DNA of 64,000 nucleotides from an uncultured bacterium (GTDB lineage: Bacteria; Omnitrophota; Omnitrophia; Omnitrophales; Abzuiibacteriaceae): contig CAYLXA010000003.1 in the NCBI GenBank assembly GCA_964387845.1, forward strand, positions 128,001 to 192,000. The letters run 5' to 3'. The notes beneath the pieces were generated by a model. It worked only from the letters and a program-made list of their open reading frames with translations, ran no database searches and was not told the DNA's origin. This document shows positions 21,860-30,072 of the stretch, one piece after another. Each line of letters begins with the position of its first letter. The first letter of the stretch is position 1. The translations under genes were made by a program, and so were the position numbers.

Positions 21860-23674
21860 ATGTCAGAAAAAATCTACGATTGTATTGTAATCGGCGCCGG
21901 TCATGCCGGCACGGAAGCTGCACTTGCCATTGCCCGCACAAACCACAATGTTCTCTTCCTCACGATGAACATTGATTCAATTTGTCAAATGTCGTGCAAC
22001 CCGGCGATCGGCGGGCTTGCCAAAGGCCATATGGTCCGCGAAATTGATGCGCTTGGCGGCCAAATGGCTCTCACGACGGATCAAACCGGCATTCAATTCC
22101 GCATGCTCAACAAATCCAAAGGCCCTGCCGTGTGGGCGCCGCGCGCTCAGTCGGATAAAAAACAATATCAAATGCTGATGAAAAAAATTGTCGAGGCCGA
22201 GAAAAATATTGATCTCAAACAAGATCAAGCCGTTGAGTTGCTTGTTAAAAACGGAAAAGCGACTGGCGTTAGGACGCAGCTCGGAATTTCTTATTACGCA
22301 CAAACCATCGTGATTTCAAGCGGCACGTTCATGCGCGGCTTAATTCATGTAGGCGATGTGAACTTCCCCGGCGGCCGCGGAGGCGATCCGCCGTCTTTGG
22401 GGCTGTCGGATTCGCTGAAAGCGCACGGAATTGAGCTTATGAGATTTAAAACCGGAACGCCGCCCCGTTTGCGGAAAGGCACAATCGATTTTTCAGTCTG
22501 TGAAGAGCAGCCCGGCGATGAAAACCCATCGCCGTTTTCATTTCAAACCGAGAAAATTTCACAAAAACAGCTTTCCTGTTATCTCACACACACAAATGAG
22601 AAAACGCACACTATTATCAAACAAAATCTCTACCGCTCCCCTCTCTACGGCGGCATTATCCAAGGAACCGGCCCGCGCTACTGCCCTTCGATCGAAGATA
22701 AAGTTGTGAAATTCGGTGATAAAGAGCGCCACCAAATTTATTTAGAGCCGGAGGGTTGGGACACGGAAGAAACTTATGTAAACGGAATTTCAACGAGTCT
22801 TCCGCAAGATGTTCAAATCGAGCTCGTGCGCTCAATCCGCGGACTTGAAAATGCCGAGCTGATGAGGTTTGGTTATGCAATCGAATATGATTGCGCGCAG
22901 CCAACACAGCTTAAACATTCACTCGAAACCAAAAAAATCGAGAACCTATTTTTTGCGGGCCAAATCAATTGCACTTCCGGCTATGAAGAGGCTGCCGCGC
23001 AAGGTTTGATTGCCGGTTTGAACGTTATCCGGAAGCTTCGCAACCAACCCCCCTTCATTTTGAGCCGGTCCGAGGCCTATATCGGCGTTTTAATTGATGA
23101 CCTTGTGACGCGCGGGACAACGGAGCCGTACCGGATGTTTACTTCGAGAGCCGAGTTTCGCCTTTTGCTTCGGCAAGACAACGCAGATGAGCGGCTTATG
23201 AAATATGGCCGTGAGTTTGGTTTGATACCGGAAGCCGTATTTGAAAAGACGGAAAATACGATCCGAAAGGTCCAAGAAACAATCAACCAACTACACAAAA
23301 CTCCAATGGGTAGCATATCGGCAAGACAATTTCTAAGACGTCCAGAAGTTACATTTAACTCATTTAAATATAATAAGTTAGACTTAGAAGAACTTGATAA
23401 AGATATCGTCCAACGCATTGAAAATGAAGTGAAATATGAAGGCTATGTGAAGCGGCAATTAATTGATGTGGAAAAATTCAGCAAATTGGAGCGGCGAAAA
23501 ATTCCGGAAGGAATCAATTATCAAACAATTCATAATTTGAGCCGAGAAGCTCGGGAAAAGCTTTCCAAAGTAAAACCGGTATCAATCGGCCAAGCTTCCC
23601 GGATTCCTGGGATTTCTCCTGCGGATCTTTCTGTATTGTCTATTGTGGTTGAGAAGATTTTACGAAATTCGTGA
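21860..23674 (+). CDS. mnmG: tRNA uridine 5-carboxymethylaminomethyl modification enzyme MnmG (GidA)
   Basis: 604 aa; FAD-binding N-terminus YDCIVIGAGHAGTEAA. Confidence 0.95.
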   Translation: MSEKIYDCIVIGAGHAGTEAALAIARTNHNVLFLTMNIDSICQMSCNPAIGGLAKGHMVREIDALGGQMALTTDQTGIQFRMLNKSKGPAVWAPRAQSDKKQYQMLMKKIVEAEKNIDLKQDQAVELLVKNGKATGVRTQLGISYYAQTIVISSGTFMRGLIHVGDVNFPGGRGGDPPSLGLSDSLKAHGIELMRFKTGTPPRLRKGTIDFSVCEEQPGDENPSPFSFQTEKISQKQLSCYLTHTNEKTHTIIKQNLYRSPLYGGIIQGTGPRYCPSIEDKVVKFGDKERHQIYLEPEGWDTEETYVNGISTSLPQDVQIELVRSIRGLENAELMRFGYAIEYDCAQPTQLKHSLETKKIENLFFAGQINCTSGYEEAAAQGLIAGLNVIRKLRNQPPFILSRSEAYIGVLIDDLVTRGTTEPYRMFTSRAEFRLLLRQDNADERLMKYGREFGLIPEAVFEKTENTIRKVQETINQLHKTPMGSISARQFLRRPEVTFNSFKYNKLDLEELDKDIVQRIENEVKYEGYVKRQLIDVEKFSKLERRKIPEGINYQTIHNLSREAREKLSKVKPVSIGQASRIPGISPADLSVLSIVVEKILRNS

Positions 23675-23676
23675 TT

Positions 23677-23692
23677 TGTTTCACGTGAAACA
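23677..23692. promoter_or_regulatory. parS centromere site (perfect consensus TGTTTCACGTGAAACA)
   Basis: 16-bp perfect palindrome identical to the Bacillus-type parS consensus, 2 nt after the mnmG stop. Confidence 0.85.
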
Positions 23693-23822
23693 CAAATTAG
23701 TATTAATTCGTAAGTTGTTATATATAAATTATTTATTTAAATTAAATAGATTGATTGACTAAATATTAAAGATTAGATATAAAGAACGAAATTGTTGTAG
23801 TCGAAACAAAATCTATGAAGAA

Positions 23823-23838
23823 TGTTTCACGTGGAACA
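23823..23838. promoter_or_regulatory. parS centromere site (TGTTTCACGTGGAACA, 1 mismatch)
   Basis: Near-perfect parS 80 bp upstream of parA; the two sites bracket a 130-bp AT-rich stretch. Confidence 0.75.
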
Positions 23839-23917
23839 ATCGGTCTAATGTTTTTTAAAATGCCTCTCAATTTATCAGTGCCTTTCGAAATTAAAAGAAA
23901 TTAACCCGGAGATCACA

Positions 23918-24766
23918 ATGGCAAAAATTATTTCTTTCTCCAATCAAAAAGGCGGCGTCGGGAAAACAACCTCAGCCGTCAATATTGCGTCCATTTGCGC
24001 GCGCGAAAAAGTTCGCACGCTTTTGATTGATTTGGATCCGCAAGGCAATGCAACGAGCGGATTAGGATTTGACAGAAATACATTAGAATCAACAATTTAC
24101 AATTCATTAATCGATCATAGTGATGTTAAAACGTCTATCATTAACACACCCATTGCCAATCTGGATTTAATACCGGCTAACAGCGATTTGGCAGCCGCAG
24201 AATTGGAATTAATTGAAGTCCCAGAACGCGAATTTGTTCTTCGAAAAGTTTTAGAACAAGCGGCGAGTGATTACGATTTGATCATTATAGATTGTCCGCC
24301 GTCGCTAGGGCTTTTGACAATCAACTCGCTAGTCGCAAGCCATCATCTCATGATTCCGCTCCAGTGCGAGTATTATGCGCTTGAGGGATTAACGCAACTC
24401 CTTAATACACATACACTTGTGAAGGAGAAGCTCAATCTGGAGCTTGAAATCGGCGGCGTCATATTAACGATGGCAGATTTCCGAACGAATCTAACGCAGC
24501 AAGTAATTGAAGAAGTGAAAAAATTTTTCGGCGATAAGGTTTTCCAAACCGTGGTGTCGCGTTCTGTGAAAATCAGCGAGGCGCCAAGTTTTGGTAAGCC
24601 GGTAACACTTTACGATCCTTCATCAAAAGGCGCAAAGGCCTATGAAGCGATTGCGATTGAGTTAATCAATAGATTGGGCCTTAAGAAAACAGAAGAACTG
24701 CCAGTTGAAAATTCTCAGCCGACTATTACAGAAGAAACGGTCGGCGCACAAGAACCAAATAATTAA
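23918..24766 (+). CDS. parA: Chromosome partitioning ATPase ParA/Soj
   Basis: 282 aa; deviant Walker A KGGVGKTT; about 30-aa C-terminal extension. Confidence 0.9.
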   Translation: MAKIISFSNQKGGVGKTTSAVNIASICAREKVRTLLIDLDPQGNATSGLGFDRNTLESTIYNSLIDHSDVKTSIINTPIANLDLIPANSDLAAAELELIEVPEREFVLRKVLEQAASDYDLIIIDCPPSLGLLTINSLVASHHLMIPLQCEYYALEGLTQLLNTHTLVKEKLNLELEIGGVILTMADFRTNLTQQVIEEVKKFFGDKVFQTVVSRSVKISEAPSFGKPVTLYDPSSKGAKAYEAIAIELINRLGLKKTEELPVENSQPTITEETVGAQEPNN

Positions 24767-24781
24767 TGAAAGGGAAATCAC

Positions 24782-25687
24782 ATGGAAATTAAAAAGAAAG
24801 CATTGGGCAAGGGGTTAAGCGCATTGATTCCGGACAGCTATACAAAAATCATCCAAGAACAGAAAGAGAAAATTGCGCAAGGCGAACAGGCAAAATCCGA
24901 TGCGCCGATCCAGGAGGTTGCGATTGCGGACATTCAGCCGAATCAAGATCAGCCGCGCCGGCATTTTAATGACGAAGCGCTTTCTGAACTGGCAAACTCG
25001 ATTAAAGAGCAGGGAATTTTGCAGCCTGTGATCGTGAAGCGCAAAGGAAACGGATTTGAGCTGATTTGCGGTGAAAGACGTCTTCGCGCTTCAAAATTAG
25101 CAGGGCTTTCGAAAGTTCCGGTCATTATTAAAGATGTCGCGGATCAGAAATTGTTGGAGCTTGCGTTGGTCGAGAACATCCAACGTGAAGATTTAAACGC
25201 GATTGAAGAGGCGCAAGCCTATTTACGTCTTGTCGAAGAACGCGGGCTTTCCCAAGATCAAGTTGCAGACCGTGTCGGGAAAAACAGGACAACGGTTGCG
25301 AATACAATCCGGATTTTGCGGCTCCCGCAGGATGTTTTATCAGAGCTTGCGGCAGACCGGATCACAAACGGCCATGCACGCGCACTTTTATCACTTCCGA
25401 CACCGGAACATCAGCGTCAGGTTTGCAAGCGGATTGTTCAGGACAAATTGTCGGTTCGGCAAGTAGAAGATTTGGTCAATCGCTCGCTTGCGCGTAAACG
25501 GCGTGCGAAACAGGCGCGTCTTTTAAGCCCCGAAATCCAGGATCTTGAACATAAGTTAGAGCGCAAGCTTGGGACCAGCGTTAAAATTTTTGCCCGCAAA
25601 AATAATCAAGGCCGCATTGAAGTTCAGTATTATTCGCTGGACGATCTCGACCGCGTGCTGAACCTGATTGGAATTCCGAGAACCTAA
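24782..25687 (+). CDS. parB: Chromosome partitioning protein ParB/Spo0J
   Basis: 301 aa; ParB box GERRLRA and HTH. Confidence 0.9.
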   Translation: MEIKKKALGKGLSALIPDSYTKIIQEQKEKIAQGEQAKSDAPIQEVAIADIQPNQDQPRRHFNDEALSELANSIKEQGILQPVIVKRKGNGFELICGERRLRASKLAGLSKVPVIIKDVADQKLLELALVENIQREDLNAIEEAQAYLRLVEERGLSQDQVADRVGKNRTTVANTIRILRLPQDVLSELAADRITNGHARALLSLPTPEHQRQVCKRIVQDKLSVRQVEDLVNRSLARKRRAKQARLLSPEIQDLEHKLERKLGTSVKIFARKNNQGRIEVQYYSLDDLDRVLNLIGIPRT

Positions 25688-25820
25688 CGGTATAATCGCG
25701 AACTCACGGAGAGATGGCAGCCCTTTGCGCTTCCTTATAAACCAATCCACTATTTTTAGTTGAAAGCGCAAGGGCAGCCCTGATTTCTTATAAGAGCCAA
25801 TCATCCTTCAATGAGAATCA

Positions 25821-25848
25821 GGGCAGAGTGGTCGAATGCGGCGGTCTC
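25821..25848 (+). pseudogene. Degenerate 5'-half fragment of a tRNA-Ser gene (D-arm to anticodon)
   Basis: GGCAGAGTGGTCGAATGCGGCGGTCTCG matches 24/28 of the D-arm and anticodon-stem region of the intact tRNA-Ser(CGA) 300 bp downstream. The acceptor part upstream is degenerate. Confidence 0.55.
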
Positions 25849-25885
25849 GCCCGCCAAAAATCGTGGCGGGTCCGCCTTTGGCGGG
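25849..25885 (+). repeat. GC-rich twin hairpins (CCCGCCA-n7-TGGCGGG; TCCGCC-n3-GGCGGA), same module family as 6042-6083
   Basis: Immediately abuts the tRNA fragment. The first arm CCCGCCAAA is shared with the tRNA-Arg locus copy (about 16/21 nt identical). Confidence 0.5.
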
Positions 25886-25906
25886 AAAACCGGGCGATAG
25901 AAAATT

Positions 25907-26191
25907 ATGGCGTGTGTTTATGTTATTTATAGTCAGATAAAAGAGAAATTTTACGTAGGTTCGAGCAGAGAAGAAACTGCCACCCAAAGAATTCTATCCC
26001 ACAACGCAGGCAAAACAAGATCAACTAAATCTGGCCGCCCTTGGGTGTTAGTATTTGAAGAACAATTTCTCAACTATACGGAAGCAAGAAAAAGAGAAAA
26101 CTTCTTAAAGTCAGGTGTTGGTAGACAATTTATTAAGCAAAAATGGAGAGGTGCCAGAGCGGTCGAATGGGGCGGTCTCGAAAACCGTTAG
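25907..26191 (+). CDS. Small GIY-YIG nuclease-domain protein (YhbQ/COG2827-like)
   Basis: 94 aa with VYVIYS...KFYVGSS...R...HN...EARKRE matching the GIY-YIG catalytic core. The last about 15 codons are encoded by the 5' part of tRNA-Ser(CGA); the exact 3' end is uncertain. Confidence 0.55.
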   Translation: MACVYVIYSQIKEKFYVGSSREETATQRILSHNAGKTRSTKSGRPWVLVFEEQFLNYTEARKRENFLKSGVGRQFIKQKWRGARAVEWGGLENR

Positions 26192-26231
26192 GCTCTTATG
26201 GGTCTCCTGGGTTCGAATCCCAGCCTCTCCG
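26145..26231 (+). tRNA. tRNA-Ser(CGA)
   Basis: 87 nt type II tRNA; anticodon loop CTCGAAA, T-loop TTCGAAT, no encoded CCA. Confidence 0.85.
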
Positions 26232-26240
26232 ATTATTTTT

Positions 26241-26495
26241 ATGAAACCTAAGCAAACCAACATCGAAAAAAGCTGGCATGAACGCGGGTTTTCATGCAGC
26301 CTTTGGACCGATGCGCCGGGAACCCGGTGGGAAGATTATGTCCACGATGTCGACGAATTGCTCGTGGTTTTGGAAGGTGATGTTGAGTTTGAAATGAAAG
26401 GCAAAAAGTCAGTTCTTAGAATCGGCGAAGAAATTTTGATTCCTGCCCGCACAACTCACTCTGTCCGCAATGTCGGTAAAATCACCTCAAAATAG
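26241..26495 (+). CDS. Small cupin-fold protein
   Basis: 84 aa from the ATG right after the tRNA. ...VVLEGDVEFEMKGK...ILIPARTTHSVRNVG is a cupin_2 two-motif pattern. The longer ORF-track version (26115) overlaps the tRNA. Confidence 0.6.
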   Translation: MKPKQTNIEKSWHERGFSCSLWTDAPGTRWEDYVHDVDELLVVLEGDVEFEMKGKKSVLRIGEEILIPARTTHSVRNVGKITSK

Positions 26496-26619
26496 CTATA
26501 CGGCTATAAGCACCACTAATTAAATATCATAAGTAACTCATTTTAAAGAGTTTACGAATTTGCAAAGTCGCCGTTTAGCGTTTAAGCTATAACTAAAGGC
26601 GAGTGGAGGCCGCCCCGCT

Positions 26620-27558
26620 ATGGTTAAAAGCGCAACCCTCAATCTGATTTTTTTGATAGCCCTGTCAGGTTGCGCGACAACAGTCGATCCTTCACGGCCG
26701 ATTAGCCCCACACTTCCGCTTTCTTTCAACGATCTTGCCGAAATTCGTGATGGCTATGATCAGCATTTAATCATCATGAAGGAACGAAAATTTTTCAATG
26801 AAGCAGATCTTAATCAATACATTCGCACGATCGGGTACCGGCTGACTTCTGCCTCGGATCGCCCCCATCTCCCGTATCAATTTTTTGTTCTGGATGATGA
26901 TTCGGTGGATGTTTTTAGCTACGGCGGCGGTTATATTTATATCACACGCGGACTCCTAAATTTCGTTGATTCCGAGGCGGAGTTAGCTGCTGTACTCGCA
27001 CACGAAGTTGCTCACGTTGCATCCGGAGCTCATACGCAAGGCGGTCAACAAACATCAACCGGCGGTATGATTTTTGATGCGATGCGTTCAGGCGCGGCTG
27101 CGGCAGGCGGTGCGGTCGGCGGGCCGGCCGGATCCGTCGCAAGCTCGGCGCTTGGCAACGGCATGGAAGTTGTGATACCAAAAATTAAACGGCGCTTCGA
27201 GAAAAACGAGGAAATCGAAGCCGATAGAAAAGCGGTGCATATTTTAATGAAGGCTAATTATGATCCTCGAGAACTTGCAAAGTTTCTTGGGAAAATGTCT
27301 AACATCAAAGTCTACGGAATCGTTCCATATCTGAATTACCTGAATTCACACCCGCCTTACGAGGAGCGCCGGGAGGAATTGATCGATCTGCTGGCGGATA
27401 TTAATTTTAAGTCCCGCGAGTTTAACAAAAATGAAGACCGCTATGTCGCGATCCGCTTTATGACCATGCACGCCGATTCGGTCCCTACGGGAAAAGTTCA
27501 GGTCGTGGCCGTGACCTCCGCGCAAAAAACGCCGCTCGAAACCCCTGCAATTTCCTAA
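26620..27558 (+). CDS. M48-family zinc metallopeptidase, lipoprotein
   Basis: 312 aa; lipobox LSGC; HEXXH in LAHEVAHVASG. Confidence 0.7.
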   Translation: MVKSATLNLIFLIALSGCATTVDPSRPISPTLPLSFNDLAEIRDGYDQHLIIMKERKFFNEADLNQYIRTIGYRLTSASDRPHLPYQFFVLDDDSVDVFSYGGGYIYITRGLLNFVDSEAELAAVLAHEVAHVASGAHTQGGQQTSTGGMIFDAMRSGAAAAGGAVGGPAGSVASSALGNGMEVVIPKIKRRFEKNEEIEADRKAVHILMKANYDPRELAKFLGKMSNIKVYGIVPYLNYLNSHPPYEERREELIDLLADINFKSREFNKNEDRYVAIRFMTMHADSVPTGKVQVVAVTSAQKTPLETPAIS

Positions 27559-27630
27559 TATTTTTGCTTTCCATGCGAAGCAAATTCGGTATGATAATGT
27601 CGTTCTGTTCATCGATAAAGGAAGCAAAAT

Positions 27631-28218
27631 ATGATTTGTCTTGATATGGAAGGCGTTTTGGTCCCCGAGATTTGGATTAATGTCGCCAAGAAAACAAAAA
27701 TCAAAGAATTGCGGCTGACAACGCGCGATATCCCGAATTATGACATCCTCATGAAACGCCGGCTTAAAATCCTGCGTGCCGAGGGAATTAAATTAAAAGA
27801 TATTCAAAAAGTAATCGGCGCAATGGGGCCGCTCCCAGGCGCTAAGCAGTTTTTAGACAAATTGCGTACCCGTGAGCAAGTTTTAATTCTTTCCGACACT
27901 TTCTACGAATTCGCAATGCCGCTCATGAAAAAACTCGGTTACCCGACGCTTTTTTGTAATTGGCTTTCGGTGAACAGCAAAGGGTTTATCAGCGGCTATC
28001 GTCTCCGTCAAAAAAACGGCAAAGAAAAAGCCGTCCGGGCTCTTAAATCCGCCGGTTTTAAGGTGTTTGCAGCGGGGGATTCTTACAATGATATCACCAT
28101 GCTGAAAGCGGCAGACCGGGGGATTCTATTTAATCCGCCGGCCAATATCAAAAAAGAGTTTCCGAAATTCCACGTGGCAAAAAATTATAACGATCTGTTC
28201 CGGCTTCTAACTCAATAA
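27631..28218 (+). CDS. thrH: Phosphoserine phosphatase / homoserine phosphotransferase ThrH-like HAD hydrolase
   Basis: 195 aa closely tracking Pseudomonas ThrH (ICLDMEGVLVPEIWI...TTRDIPNYDILMK...ILSDTFYEF...AAGDSYNDITML). Confidence 0.8.
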   Translation: MICLDMEGVLVPEIWINVAKKTKIKELRLTTRDIPNYDILMKRRLKILRAEGIKLKDIQKVIGAMGPLPGAKQFLDKLRTREQVLILSDTFYEFAMPLMKKLGYPTLFCNWLSVNSKGFISGYRLRQKNGKEKAVRALKSAGFKVFAAGDSYNDITMLKAADRGILFNPPANIKKEFPKFHVAKNYNDLFRLLTQ

Positions 28219-28222
28219 CCCC

Positions 28223-28987
28223 ATGAAAATTCTGTGTTGGAATGTCAACGGCGTCCGGGCCGCCCAGAGAAAGGGGTTTCTCAAATGGCTGGCCAAAGAA
28301 AAGCCCGATGCGCTATGCCTTCAAGAGACCAAAGCCCGCCCCGAACAGCTTGATGAAGAGCTTTTAAACCCGCCCGGGTACGAAACTCACTGGAATTGGG
28401 CCGAGAAGCCCGGCTATAGCGGTACCGCCATCTACACAAAGCAAAAGCCGCTATCCGTCTCTCGCGGCATTGGAATTAAAAAGCACGACCAGGAAGGCCG
28501 CGTGCTGACGGCGGAGTATGACGATTTTTCACTGGTCAACGTTTATGTCCCCAATTCAAAGGATGATCTTTCAAGACTCCCATACCGATTCAAGGAATGG
28601 GATGTTGAGTTCCTGTCATTTCTCAAAAAGCTCGAAAAGAAAAAACCGGTCGTTGTATGTGGGGATTTCAACGTAGCGCACAAAGAAATTGACCTTTCTA
28701 GGCCAAAAGAGAACGAATTTACCCACGGATTCACCAAAGAAGAGCGCGCAGGCTTCGATAATTTCGTAAAAGCCGGTTTGATTGATACTTTCCGCGAATT
28801 CTGCACTGATGGCGGCCATTACACCTGGTGGCATCACTTCAACAATTGCAGGGCGCGCAATATTGGATGGCGGATCGATTATTTCCTGATCTCTAAAGCC
28901 CTCCGGCCTAAGCTCAAGGATGCTTTTATCATGCCCGACGTTATGGGCTCCGATCATTGCCCGGTAGGAATAGACTTAAAATTTTAA
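28223..28987 (+). CDS. xth: Exodeoxyribonuclease III
   Basis: 254 aa; MKILCWNVNG...QETK...DHCPV, the AP-endonuclease fold. Confidence 0.9.
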   Translation: MKILCWNVNGVRAAQRKGFLKWLAKEKPDALCLQETKARPEQLDEELLNPPGYETHWNWAEKPGYSGTAIYTKQKPLSVSRGIGIKKHDQEGRVLTAEYDDFSLVNVYVPNSKDDLSRLPYRFKEWDVEFLSFLKKLEKKKPVVVCGDFNVAHKEIDLSRPKENEFTHGFTKEERAGFDNFVKAGLIDTFREFCTDGGHYTWWHHFNNCRARNIGWRIDYFLISKALRPKLKDAFIMPDVMGSDHCPVGIDLKF

Positions 28988-29199
28988 CATCCCATATTTT
29001 TAAATTACAATAAGTAATAAGTGGGATATTAAATTTTATAATAAGAAATATGTTTGTATAATATCCTAATAATATAGTTAAATTTATAACGTATTGAATA
29101 CATAAAAAATCGGGTTTTATCTGTTAGTATTTTCACCTAAAATCGGGACTTTTCAAAAGTCCGGCACTTTGCAGGCATATTTGTGATATTATTTCCATC

Positions 29200-29601
29200 A
29201 TGACACCAAAAAAAGGAAAGCTTAGCGTCAAATCCAGAGTGAGCAGCCTGAAACATGCGTTCTCGGGCCTTGTGGATATGCTGCTGACAGAGCCGAATGC
29301 GTGGGTTCACATGATTGCCACGGTTCTTGTTCTATTAATGTCGTGGTGGCTTCAAATCAGTATCGGCGGCTTTGTTGCTATTGTCATTGCCATCGGCGGC
29401 GTCTGGATGGCGGAAGCTTTTAACACCGTTCTTGAGATTGTGGTCGATTTGGTATCCTCCGGCCAATATTCGGACGCGGCAAAGCGTGCTAAGGATATCG
29501 CGGCCGCCGCTGTTCTCATTTGGACCGTTGCCGCCAGCCTGATCGGTTTTATCGTTCTCGGCCCGCCGCTTTATGCGCGCCTCCTCCCCCTCTTCTCTTA
29601 A
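29200..29601 (+). CDS. dgkA: Diacylglycerol kinase / undecaprenol kinase (DgkA family)
   Basis: 133 aa; 3 TM helices; signature AEAFNTVLE. Confidence 0.75.
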   Translation: MTPKKGKLSVKSRVSSLKHAFSGLVDMLLTEPNAWVHMIATVLVLLMSWWLQISIGGFVAIVIAIGGVWMAEAFNTVLEIVVDLVSSGQYSDAAKRAKDIAAAAVLIWTVAASLIGFIVLGPPLYARLLPLFS

Positions 29602-29619
29602 ACAACGATTTACCAGCAT

Positions 29620-30010
29620 TTTAACTACGCTCAGGCCCTCGACTCAGCCGACGTTCGGATTTCCCAGCGAGAAATCCTCACTCGACTTCCGGCTGCCCTC
29701 GGCAAGAATAGGCTTCTCAAGAAGCATCTCTCGGAGCTCTTGGGAGCTTGGCTCCCCGCCGTTTTGCTTCGCAAAGCAAAGCAGCGGGGATCCCAAGAGC
29801 GAGAGCGAAGGCACCGAGACGCCGCAGCCCGTCACCCATATTAAATTTTCTATTGAAGGTGAGGGCTGTCCCAATTCTCAAATGAATATACGCCCCAGAC
29901 GCTTTATTGATAATTGGGACAGGAGCGGCTCGAGTGCCGGTGCTGGATGAGAAGTCCATTCTTGCCGCCATGCTCGGGCAGCCTCCAGACGCGTCTTCGC
30001 CGAGGCCTTC
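29620..30010. ncRNA. GC-rich highly structured non-coding island upstream of dnaX (candidate structured ncRNA; identity unresolved)
   Basis: About 390 nt, GC-rich between AT-rich flanks, with overlapping low-complexity ORFs on both strands. Nested helices: GCTCTTGGGA(29738)/TCCCAAGAGC(29793), extendable to about 15 bp; apical hairpin CCCCGCCG-TTTGCTT-CGCA-AAGCAAA-GCAGCGGGG; CTGTCCCAATT/AATTGGGACAG; long-range GCGAAGGC...GAGACGCC(29797-29816)/GGCGTCT...GCCTTCGC(29983-30003). Confidence 0.35.
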
Positions 30011-30072
30011 GCAGTTAAAAATGCTGAATTGGGCGTTGTGGATTAAAGTAAATCGTTGTACAATTCTTCGCT

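Noticed and set aside
26115-26240. 5' extension of the cupin ORF (the ORF-track version starts at 26115)
   Set aside because: The extension is the tRNA-Ser(CGA) sequence read as protein; the start was moved to the ATG after the tRNA.
29573-29971. Three overlapping ORFs (125, 76, 84 aa) on both strands
   Set aside because: Low-complexity Ser/Pro/Arg/Gly-rich translations of a GC-rich structured region; treated as non-coding.
29620-30010. Assignment of the structured island as SRP RNA (ffs), RNase P RNA or tmRNA
   Set aside because: No match was found to the SRP domain-IV core (GNRA loop plus GGAAGCAGC), the RNase P P4 (AAAGTCCGG) or a tmRNA tRNA-like 3' end. Kept only as an unassigned ncRNA candidate.
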